Assembly: GCA_965204045.1 (NCBI GenBank)
Contig: CBDBDW010000002.1
Span: forward strand, 1,887,284 to 1,951,283
Direction: 5' to 3'
DNA: 64,000 nucleotides
Source of the DNA: Gammaproteobacteria bacterium
GTDB lineage: Bacteria > Pseudomonadota > Gammaproteobacteria > Eutrophobiales > Eutrophobiaceae
Part shown: positions 36,182 to 43,604 of the stretch, piece by piece
Position numbering within the stretch: position 1 is the first letter of the stretch
Layout of the letters: each line of letters starts with the position of its first letter
Made by a program: the position numbers and the translations under genes
Notes under the pieces: model-generated
What the model was told of the DNA's origin: nothing
Databases searched by the model: none
Seen by the model: the letters and a program-made list of their open reading frames with translations, nothing else

Positions 36182-37501
36182 TCAAGGTGAATCCCCAAGA
36201 ACAATCTCCGGAAACCTGTGCAACAGGTACAACGGGATATTGATTATCCTGCCATCCTGCCGCAGGTTCATCAGTGTGGTCCTGACCAGCCTGGAGGGAT
36301 GATACCTGTCATCATAGGCGAGCAGGCTCTTTTTCTTCCTTGAAATTCCTGCCTTCACCTCCAGTGGATAGAGTTCATGTTCATAGGGAACAACGAAATC
36401 GACTTCAGCCATGTTTTCGCTGGCCCAGTAATAGAGCTGTTTCTCATGAGCGCCGACCAGGGTGACTGCGGCCAGGTTTTCAATGAAAGCTCCCTTGTAT
36501 TCGGTAAACAACCGGTCACCTTCGACCAGTATGCGGGCAGGTATGTCTGCCATCGCCGCCAGCAGGCCGGGGTCCAGCAGGTAGAGCTTGAATATATTGG
36601 ATTGGGCATACGCCTCAACCGGCAACCTGGGGGTGGAAATTTTCACCGATTTGTAGATCAGCCCCGCATCCAGCAACCACTGTATGGCGTTCTCATAGTC
36701 ACGCCCCCGGGAGCTTTTCCTTACCGCCGAAAAAATAAATTTTTTGTTTTCCTTTGCCAGTTGGCTTTGAACCTGGTTCCAGACCGTGGAGATTTTCATG
36801 ACCTCGCGCGGGTCGGCATGCTTGGAAAAGTCCAGCAGGTATGCATCCAGGACTTCCCTCTGTATTGTTCTGACGCTATGCAGGTCCTGGTTTTCCCGGT
36901 AGTGCATGACAGTTTCCGGCATCCCCCCGGTAAAGGTGTAGACCTTCAACAAATGAATTAACTGTTCGTGAATGGGGGCGGGGAGTGGGCTTAACCTGTC
37001 GATGGAATCAATATGTTCACGCAGCCGGCTTTTATCCAGGGCATCCAGGAACTCACAGAAGCTGAGCGGATACAAATCCAGGAAGTTCACTTTCCCCACC
37101 GGAAAGCTCGCCGGTTTGCCCAGTTTAACTCCCAGCAACGAACCTGCTGCCGCGACATGGTATTCACCGGCCTTCTCGGCAAAATATTTCAGGCTGGTAA
37201 GCGCACTGGGACAAGCCTGGATTTCATCAAAAACGATCAACGTCTCAGCCGGAACGATGGGCAGATCCAGCATAAGGCTTATTTCGGAGATGATCCGATA
37301 CGGGTCCAGGTCCGCCTGGAAAAGCCGTGAGGCGGACGCCGTCTCTTCAAAGTTCAGGTAGGCAAGGCGTTTGTAGTACTGTTGGCCGAACTCGCTCAGA
37401 GAATAGGTTTTCCCGGTCTGGCGTGCACCGCGTAAGACCAGGGGCTTGCGCCTGTCCGAGCCTTTCCATTGGAGGAGTTGTTGTTCGATATCGCGTCGCA
37501 T
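36182..37501 (-). CDS. AAA ATPase with DUF4143 C-terminal domain (COG1373 type)
   Basis: 439 aa. Walker A 'RGARQTGKT', Walker B 'LIVFDEIQ' and a long C-terminal DUF4143-like region. Confidence 0.75.
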   Translation of the reverse strand: MRRDIEQQLLQWKGSDRRKPLVLRGARQTGKTYSLSEFGQQYYKRLAYLNFEETASASRLFQADLDPYRIISEISLMLDLPIVPAETLIVFDEIQACPSALTSLKYFAEKAGEYHVAAAGSLLGVKLGKPASFPVGKVNFLDLYPLSFCEFLDALDKSRLREHIDSIDRLSPLPAPIHEQLIHLLKVYTFTGGMPETVMHYRENQDLHSVRTIQREVLDAYLLDFSKHADPREVMKISTVWNQVQSQLAKENKKFIFSAVRKSSRGRDYENAIQWLLDAGLIYKSVKISTPRLPVEAYAQSNIFKLYLLDPGLLAAMADIPARILVEGDRLFTEYKGAFIENLAAVTLVGAHEKQLYYWASENMAEVDFVVPYEHELYPLEVKAGISRKKKSLLAYDDRYHPSRLVRTTLMNLRQDGRIINIPLYLLHRFPEIVLGDSP

Positions 37502-37555
37502 AAGACACCTGTATGGTGGTTATGAGGCGGAATCATATCAGAAATGTGGTAAATA

Positions 37556-37597
37556 ATCACGTTTTACATGGGAAAAACGTGATGAACTGCACGTTTT
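37556..37597. promoter_or_regulatory. 10-bp perfect inverted repeat ATCACGTTTT/AAAACGTGAT plus third half-site upstream of the DUF4143 ATPase gene
   Basis: ATCACGTTTT at 37556-37565, AAAACGTGAT at 37574-37583 and CACGTTTT at 37590-37597. Confidence 0.4.
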
Positions 37598-37740
37598 GTG
37601 GACGTAATATGGTGTCTGGCTGAAATTTAACAGCCGTTATATGGAAATGACCCATTTCCGCCCAAATGATAGTAGTGGTGAACCGGGGGTGTGACCAACC
37701 GAGATAGAGTCAGGTGGTCTGACCCTTTCTTACAATAACT

Positions 37741-38178
37741 TCATCTTGTTTCCGGCACGAGACTTTTCACTGGTTCGGTGGCAATGGAATCACGCTTGAA
37801 AGTAATTGCTATCCATTCCAGAGTTTTGCTGCCGGTATTGCCGGAATTATGCCGGTCACTCAGATGCACAGGTCCGGGACGCCAGAACACCGAGTTGGGG
37901 CTTTCAAGAAGCTCAGCTTCTGTGGATTTAAATATGGTGTCTTTGTCCCCGATCCGATACGTCACTTCATCGCTACGCTTCAGTACAATGACCAACTGGT
38001 ATTCCGGATGGGAATGGATGCCTTCCCACTGGCCGGGTTCCAGAACGAATCTTTGCACAATGACACGATCGTCTTCCATCAACACTTCGCCTGGAATATT
38101 GGGATAGTATTGTTCTCCAACCGCGAAAGGACTTAATGCCGTCAGTAATACCAGACTGAAAATGGGTGAGTGCTTCAT
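37741..38178 (-). CDS. Secreted cupin-domain protein
   Basis: 145 aa. Signal peptide 'MKHSPIFSLVLLTALSPFAVG' and cupin-like 'GQWEGIHSHPEYQLVIVL'. Confidence 0.55.
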   Translation of the reverse strand: MKHSPIFSLVLLTALSPFAVGEQYYPNIPGEVLMEDDRVIVQRFVLEPGQWEGIHSHPEYQLVIVLKRSDEVTYRIGDKDTIFKSTEAELLESPNSVFWRPGPVHLSDRHNSGNTGSKTLEWIAITFKRDSIATEPVKSLVPETR

Positions 38179-38226
38179 AATTCCGACCCTTTCTTATATT
38201 GAGCGTTGCGACTTTTCGGTTAATTA

Positions 38227-38850
38227 TTAAAGTTCTCTGAGAGATTCGAGGCGACTCAGCCAGGCGTTAAATCCGGGACATTCGTTTCTTAATTTATCCA
38301 ATCCGATTTCGAGTGCCAGAGACGGACCGTGCAGTGTCTTGCGGTAGCCGGGGATCAGATTTGAGATACGCTTGCTTGGCGCTGTCTCCGAACTGTCATT
38401 GATCTCCTCGGGCGTGCCGAATGTTGCCCTGATCTTCCGAAGGTCAACCAAAGGAGCATTATCCCATACGCTTTTGAATGCGTTTACATCAGAGAACAAC
38501 AACCCTTCAAACTCATGAACCTGGACGTACGGGAATATATTTCTCTCATCAATTTGTTCAATGCTATTCTCAATGGCCTGTACGAGCATGTGGGGAGACA
38601 TTTCATTCTTGTCCTTAAATCCGTAGAAATCCACCAGGGAGGTCACGGCATCGAAACTATACCGAAGATGCTGCAATTCACGCGAAAGCCTGTTGATTGT
38701 GACATTGCCGCCACCTTGAACGTTATGCCGCGCCCGGCCAAGCAGCACAGGAGTTACAAAAACGTCCCTGCTATGCAGGTGGCGCGCAAGGACCTGCCGA
38801 ACAAATTCTTCCTCCGTTTGTCCTTCTACGGAGATAGCCAAACGTATCAA
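38227..38850 (-). CDS. DUF4276-like (TOPRIM-related) protein
   Basis: 207 aa. 'IRLAISVEGQTEEEFV' and 'VQVHEFEGLLFSD'. Its start overlaps the upstream ATPase stop by 4 nt. Confidence 0.65.
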   Translation of the reverse strand: MIRLAISVEGQTEEEFVRQVLARHLHSRDVFVTPVLLGRARHNVQGGGNVTINRLSRELQHLRYSFDAVTSLVDFYGFKDKNEMSPHMLVQAIENSIEQIDERNIFPYVQVHEFEGLLFSDVNAFKSVWDNAPLVDLRKIRATFGTPEEINDSSETAPSKRISNLIPGYRKTLHGPSLALEIGLDKLRNECPGFNAWLSRLESLREL

Positions 38851-39986
38851 GGCCTACCACCAAGCAGGTTTTTCTGCCAGAGTTCTCCGACACTGAAGTC
38901 ATCCAGCCAGCCCTGGAGTTCCTGTACGTTTTGAGCGTGCAACTCGGTTCGACCTTCTATCATTTCCAGTACAAATAGTTGCTCGAGTCCGAATGTGTCA
39001 ACCATCAATGGCGACTGGGTTGCTACGATTATCTGACGCTCCTGAGCCAGTGACTGTATCATCTCGCCGACCAGTACGACCGCTTTAGGATGCAGGCCCA
39101 GTTCCGGTTCATCCAGCAGCAACACATCAGGTAACATTTCCACCGGCAGGTTCAGCAATGTGACAAGTGCGAAAAAACGTAATGAACCGTCCGATGACAG
39201 ATGTGCTCCGTAGGTCTTGTCCGAGTATTTGGAACGCCAACGCAACGCCACCTTCCCGTGCTGTTCCCCGATCTGAAAGCTGTCGAAGCCCGGCAATACG
39301 CGCTGTACGTGGTGGCAGATTCGTTCATATCTCTGCAGGTCTTCCTGTTCCAGCCAGTACAGGATGGCTGGCAGGTTGCCACCATCGCTTCGCATACGGT
39401 CATGATCTTCTGCATCCCACTTTTTCATAAAGTTTGATGTGGCAGCAGTGTTATGAAATTGATAAACGTCGCAATTCCGTAACAAATGTGTAACTGTTCG
39501 AGCGGTTCGCTGATTTATTTGTGAGGATTGCGCTGAATAGGAGGATTGAGCGACCTCAACAATACTTGCCTCATGGTGCCCGGTTTCGAGGTGTTGCCAG
39601 GGAGCTTCGTTATCCAATATTTTTCGATTGAAGCGGAATGCTTCTTCTGTGAACAACAGCCGGTCAGGGTGGGCATGAGTAAGAGCAAACCGGTAGTCAT
39701 TCCTCCCTTCTTTGGTGTGTAGGGCGATTTCGGCACTGAGCCTTGGCGTCTTATCACTGCCGCCGTGCAGTTGATCATCTGCACCACCCTGTAGTGCGAC
39801 AAACTCCGCAAGCCGCCGCGATTTTAACATCCAACTCAGCATCTCGAAGAAACGGATAAAGTTTGATTTCCCAGAGCCGTTTGCGCCAATCAAAACGTTC
39901 GCTCCGGGTTGCAGGTGGAACTCTATGTCAGCAAATGAGCGGAAACCTTTTATATGGAAATATTCAATATGGGATCGGTCGATCAT
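38847..39986 (-). CDS. ABC/SMC-like AAA ATPase (AAA_21 type)
   Basis: 379 aa. 'FHIKGFRSF', Walker A 'GANGSGKSN', signature-like 'SSDGSLRFF', Walker B/D-loop 'LLLDEPELGLHP' and 'IVATQSP'. Confidence 0.8.
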   Translation of the reverse strand: MIDRSHIEYFHIKGFRSFADIEFHLQPGANVLIGANGSGKSNFIRFFEMLSWMLKSRRLAEFVALQGGADDQLHGGSDKTPRLSAEIALHTKEGRNDYRFALTHAHPDRLLFTEEAFRFNRKILDNEAPWQHLETGHHEASIVEVAQSSYSAQSSQINQRTARTVTHLLRNCDVYQFHNTAATSNFMKKWDAEDHDRMRSDGGNLPAILYWLEQEDLQRYERICHHVQRVLPGFDSFQIGEQHGKVALRWRSKYSDKTYGAHLSSDGSLRFFALVTLLNLPVEMLPDVLLLDEPELGLHPKAVVLVGEMIQSLAQERQIIVATQSPLMVDTFGLEQLFVLEMIEGRTELHAQNVQELQGWLDDFSVGELWQKNLLGGRP

Positions 39987-40015
39987 AATGAAGATTTTAC
40001 CATTAAATGACTAAA

Positions 40016-41303
40016 AGGAACCTCTATTAATTCAGTGTAATGATATAATACGGAGTACTGATTTCAACCCATACTTTCCTGTTTGAGGGTGCTGCCATGA
40101 AGAAGACTCAAGACCTGTTCGGTTCCTTTTTTGACTTGCAGGACGCCCGTTTGACGAAGCTGAAAGACCCGCTGGTGCAGTTGGAGGAGGTGGTGGACTG
40201 GGCGGCATTCCGTCCGTTGCTGTCCCGTCTCCGACCCACGGAGCGCAAGAGCAATGCGGGCGCCCCGCGCCGGGACGAGGTACTGATGTTCAAGGGGTTG
40301 GTGATACAGCACTTGTACGGCTTGAGTGATGAGCAGTTGGAGTACCAGGTAGAGGACCGGCGCAGTTTCCAGCGGTTCCTGGGGTTGGACAATGTCCATC
40401 GGGCGCCGGATGCGAAGACGTTCCGGGCGTTTCGGGAGCAGTTGGTGAAGTTGGGCCTGATGGAGGCGTTGTTCGAGCAGTTTGCCGGGCAGTTGGCGGG
40501 GTTGGGCTACCGGGCGCGCAAGGGGCAGTTGGTGGATGCGTCCCTGGTGCCGGCGCCGGTGCAGCGCAACACGCGCGAAGAGAATGCCAAGGTCAAGGCC
40601 GGGGAAGTGCCTGCGGACTGGGAGCAGGCGGACGCCAAGCCGAAGCGGCGTCAGAAGGACGTGGAGGCGCGTTGGACGAAGAAACGCGGCACGAGTCATT
40701 ACGGGTACAAGAACCACGTGAACGTGGACAATGCGCACAAGCTGGTACGCAAGTATGATGTCACCGCGGCCAACGTGCATGATTCGCAGTTATTGGATGA
40801 CCTGCTTGATGAGGACAACAGCAGCAAGGCCCTCTGGGCGGACAGCGCCTACCGGTCTGAAGAGCAGGAGCAGCGTTTGCGGGAGAAGAAGTATCGCAGT
40901 CACATCCGGCGCAAGGGCAGCCGTAACAAGCCGTTGACGATACGGGAGCAGCAGGGCAACCGCACCAGGGCAAAAGTACGGGTGCGGGTGGAGCACGTGT
41001 TCGGGGCGCAGTGTGCGACCCGCGCCAAGCTGGTCCGGTGCATCGGGCTTAAGCGCAGTGCGTTGGCCATCGGGATGATGAACCTGGTGTACAACATGCG
41101 CAGACTGTGTTACCTGCAAGGGGTCGGTGCGCCTGCTTGACGGGAAACAGGGATAAAACGGTGTCAAAACGACACCTGAGGGCGATAAAACGGCCCGATG
41201 ACGGGCGTATTGAGGTGATGCGGGTCTCTGCGCACCTTACTATAGACAAATATATGAAAAAGGAACCTGCTCAGACCTGAAATTATCAATTAATAGAGGT
41301 TCC
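40016..41303 (+). mobile_element. IS5-family insertion sequence
   Basis: 16-bp perfect TIRs, GGAACCTCTATTAATT (40017-40032) and AATTAATAGAGGTTCC (41288-41303), flanked by CTAA(A) on both sides (40011-40015 and 41304-41308). Confidence 0.85.
40097..41140 (+). CDS. IS5 family transposase (InsH-like N-terminus + DDE_Tnp_1)
   Basis: 347 aa. 'LVQLEEVVDWAAFRPLL', 'LSDEQLEYQVEDRRSFQRFLGL' and 'VDASLVPAP...WADSAYRS'. Confidence 0.85.
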   Translation: MKKTQDLFGSFFDLQDARLTKLKDPLVQLEEVVDWAAFRPLLSRLRPTERKSNAGAPRRDEVLMFKGLVIQHLYGLSDEQLEYQVEDRRSFQRFLGLDNVHRAPDAKTFRAFREQLVKLGLMEALFEQFAGQLAGLGYRARKGQLVDASLVPAPVQRNTREENAKVKAGEVPADWEQADAKPKRRQKDVEARWTKKRGTSHYGYKNHVNVDNAHKLVRKYDVTAANVHDSQLLDDLLDEDNSSKALWADSAYRSEEQEQRLREKKYRSHIRRKGSRNKPLTIREQQGNRTRAKVRVRVEHVFGAQCATRAKLVRCIGLKRSALAIGMMNLVYNMRRLCYLQGVGAPA

Positions 41304-41487
41304 CTAAAGCCCTAACCCGCATTTCTCGTGTATGGTTTGCCCCGCCCTGCTCATGAAAGTTCAGTTGAATTAACAGTGATAACAAGAATACGGATTACGC
41401 CAGTGAAATAGCAGCAGCAGAAATAGAATTTCCTCTATGAGCATGATATAATTTATCCCCTGAATCAAAGCTGTTTAAAACTTAACA

Positions 41488-41712
41488 ATGCCCCGTAAAG
41501 TTCAACATGTTGTACCCCGAAACGGTAAATGGGCTGTACGAAGATCCGGCGCCAATCGTGCAAGGCGTACTTTCGACACAAAGGGTGAAGCTATTGAAGC
41601 TGCCCGTGAAATCGCTCGGGTTCAGGGGGCCGACCTGTACATTCACGGACAAGATGGACGAATTCAAGAAAGAACCTCTTTTGGAAGCGATCCATTTCTG
41701 CCAAAAGGATAG
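41488..41712 (+). CDS. DUF2188 domain protein
   Basis: 74 aa. 'HVVPRNGKWAVRRSGANRARRTFDTKGEAIEAAREIARVQGADLYIHGQDGRIQERTSFGSDP'. Confidence 0.7.
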   Translation: MPRKVQHVVPRNGKWAVRRSGANRARRTFDTKGEAIEAAREIARVQGADLYIHGQDGRIQERTSFGSDPFLPKG

Positions 41713-41720
41713 ACACAAAG

Positions 41721-42353
41721 GTGGTCAACTCCGGCTTTGATCACAATGTTTTCTTGAATTGTCCGTTTGATGAAGAGTATGAACCTATACTGCAAGCCAT
41801 ACTTTTCTGCCTGGTACGCTTCGGGCTAAATCCGCGTATAGCAACTGAACGAAGTAATGCGGCTGAAGCACGGCTCGATAGGATATATCAGCTTATCGAA
41901 TCATCCCGATACTCGATTCACGATCTTAGTAGATGTCAAGCTATTGAAGCAGGAGAACACTACCGACTCAATATGCCGTTTGAGCTTGGTATTGACTTTG
42001 GGTGCCGCCGTTATGGCAATAAGCCACTTTCCAGAAAGGTCATATTGATACTCGAAGAACAACATTATCGCTATCAGGCTGCGATTTCCGACTTGGCTGG
42101 TAGTGATATTGAGGCGCATGGCGGCAAGTATGAAACCGCCGTAAGAAAGGTAAGTAACTGGCTTGCAGGCACAGGTGGTTTTAAGAGTATTGCTGCCACC
42201 CGTACCTTGTCCGAATACGAAGACTTTCAGATATGGCACTACGAGCAACAGTTTGACGCCGGGTTTTCGGACGAAGATATAAAGGACTATCCTACTGCGG
42301 AACTCCTGCGGGCAATGTGCGACTGGACAGAACAGGGTAGACCAAGACAATAG
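41721..42353 (+). CDS. TIR-like / nucleoside-2-deoxyribosyltransferase-like fold protein (uncharacterised)
   Basis: 210 aa with a GTG start 8 nt after the DUF2188 stop. 'VFLNCPFDEEY', 'YSIHDLS', 'RLNMPFELGIDFG' and 'KVILILEEQ...ISDLAGSDI' parallel the bacterial TIR-like pattern (...RqNVifElGyfiG...). Confidence 0.5.
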   Translation: MVNSGFDHNVFLNCPFDEEYEPILQAILFCLVRFGLNPRIATERSNAAEARLDRIYQLIESSRYSIHDLSRCQAIEAGEHYRLNMPFELGIDFGCRRYGNKPLSRKVILILEEQHYRYQAAISDLAGSDIEAHGGKYETAVRKVSNWLAGTGGFKSIAATRTLSEYEDFQIWHYEQQFDAGFSDEDIKDYPTAELLRAMCDWTEQGRPRQ

Positions 42354-42480
42354 TATGTTCTCTTGAAATACTTTCCCTTCTACGTAGCAGACTACTTGGG
42401 ATAGTGCGATTGGTCGGAATATATTAGAAAATATACAGGCAGGGCTTTTTTGATTCCCGCACATTCTAAGGCGGGATTAA

Positions 42481-42510
42481 GTGCATTGTGCGACCTGACC
42501 CCGTTTTTTT
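42481..42510 (+). repeat. Family-C repeat GTGCATTGTGCGACCTGACCCCGTTTTTTT
   Basis: Copy 1. Copies 2 (inverted) and 3 (direct) lie at 42806 and 42874. Confidence 0.8.
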
Positions 42511-42517
42511 CGTTTTT

Positions 42518-42730
42518 TTAGCGTGCCGTTTCGGTTGCATCAGTGAATGCGATATCTAACTTGGTTTCAACCCTGGACATACGTTGTTGCAAGTCGTTGA
42601 TCTGTGATTGCATGATGCGCATGTCCGCACGCAACTCCGAATCGCCAGCCTGCACAACACCGATGACAGAAGCGGTTGCAACAGTCAAGCTGATAAATAA
42701 TCCAATTATACCGATTAATTCTTTGCTCAT
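42518..42730 (-). CDS. Small membrane-anchored coiled-coil protein
   Basis: 70 aa from the ATG at 42730 (RBS GGGAGAC). TM helix 'LIGIIGLFISLTVATASVIGVV', then heptad-like 'LRADMRIMQSQINDLQQRMSRVETKL'. The upstream extension in the track ORF is unlikely to be real. Confidence 0.45.
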   Translation of the reverse strand: MSKELIGIIGLFISLTVATASVIGVVQAGDSELRADMRIMQSQINDLQQRMSRVETKLDIAFTDATETAR

Positions 42731-42805
42731 TGTCAGTCTCCCTTGAATGTAGCGCCTTGTAAGCATATCACTTTTTTCAGCTTGGCAATAAAAATATGTG
42801 CATAC

Positions 42806-42827
42806 GGGGTCAGGTCGCACAATGTAC
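42806..42827 (-). repeat. Family-C repeat, inverted copy
   Basis: GGGGTCAGGTCGCACAATGTAC is the reverse complement of GTACATTGTGCGACCTGACCCC. Confidence 0.8.
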
Positions 42828-42873
42828 ATACAAATCCTCCAGTGTAATATTGTAATCAAGCACTTACGTCTGC

Positions 42874-42902
42874 GTGCATTGTGCGCCCTGACCCCGTTTT
42901 TT
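42874..42902 (+). repeat. Family-C repeat, third copy
   Basis: GTGCATTGTGCGCCCTGACCCCGTTTTTT. Confidence 0.8.
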
Positions 42903-43223
42903 CGGATATGATACTATTTCGTAGCTGAGTGCAACGGAGGCTAGCGCGGGCTGGGGTCAGACCATTTCGGCCTGATAGAAGTTGCTGATAATAAAGGGAA
43001 ACTGTCAAAGAAGATCTGCATTCAGCAGCCTTAAACCACGCTTTTCATATGTCAAAACATGGCTTTAAGGAGCATCATACTTTGTATAAGCAGGCCCGGC
43101 ATACCCGGAAAGCAATACCATCAAACAGGCTTTGTTCTTACAGCCTCCGTTTTGATGGCAAAAAGGAGTTCCAAGAGGGAATTTCAGATGAAGATGACAG
43201 ATTAATTGAATAGAAGCAAATAG

Positions 43224-43394
43224 TTAGATAGAGTTAGCTCTGTTCACTTAAATACAGCCGTACGCCAGATCGGTGTCATTGTTGCGGCCACGGGCTTGGT
43301 CACCGGCGTCTTCGACGTCACCCAGGCGGGCGCAAGCTTCGGGATTATTATCGCCGGCAGCTTACTGATCCGGGTCGGAAGCCTGGAGACATGA
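43224..43394 (+). pseudogene. 5'-truncated small membrane-protein gene at the right border of island 1
   Basis: Open frame '...IGVIVAATGLVTGVFDVTQAGASFGIIIAGSLLIRVGSLET*' with no plausible start. GC content rises abruptly at about 43255. Confidence 0.3.
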
Positions 43395-43395
43395 C

Positions 43396-43497
43396 ATGAA
43401 CACCACCCTGCTTGTAGCCGTATCGACCATCTTCCTATGCGGCCTTGTGCTTAGCTATCTGGCCCATCGCGCCCGGCGCAAACGCTCCGGGAGCTAA
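43396..43497 (+). CDS. 33-aa single-TM peptide (hypothetical)
   Basis: MNTTLLVAVSTIFLCGLVLSYLAHRARRKRSGS. The ATG lies 1 nt after the preceding frame's TGA. Too short for the ORF track. Confidence 0.3.
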   Translation: MNTTLLVAVSTIFLCGLVLSYLAHRARRKRSGS

Positions 43498-43604
43498 CCC
43501 GCTCCAGCTTTCACGAAACCAAGTTCACCACCGATCCTGATTCCGTGCACGTGCGCGCGCTGACGGAGGACTATTGAATTCTTTATATCCTTTAGTCATC
43601 CTAC

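Noticed and set aside
40064-40780. 238-aa minus-strand ORF inside the IS5 element
   Set aside because: It is antisense to the IS5 transposase. The composition is Leu/Arg/Pro/Gln-rich and low in complexity.
43059-43205. 48-aa plus-strand ORF (MALRSIILCISRPG...) in the ORF-poor stretch at the right end of island 1
   Set aside because: It has no RBS and no recognisable features. The region looks like decayed sequence.
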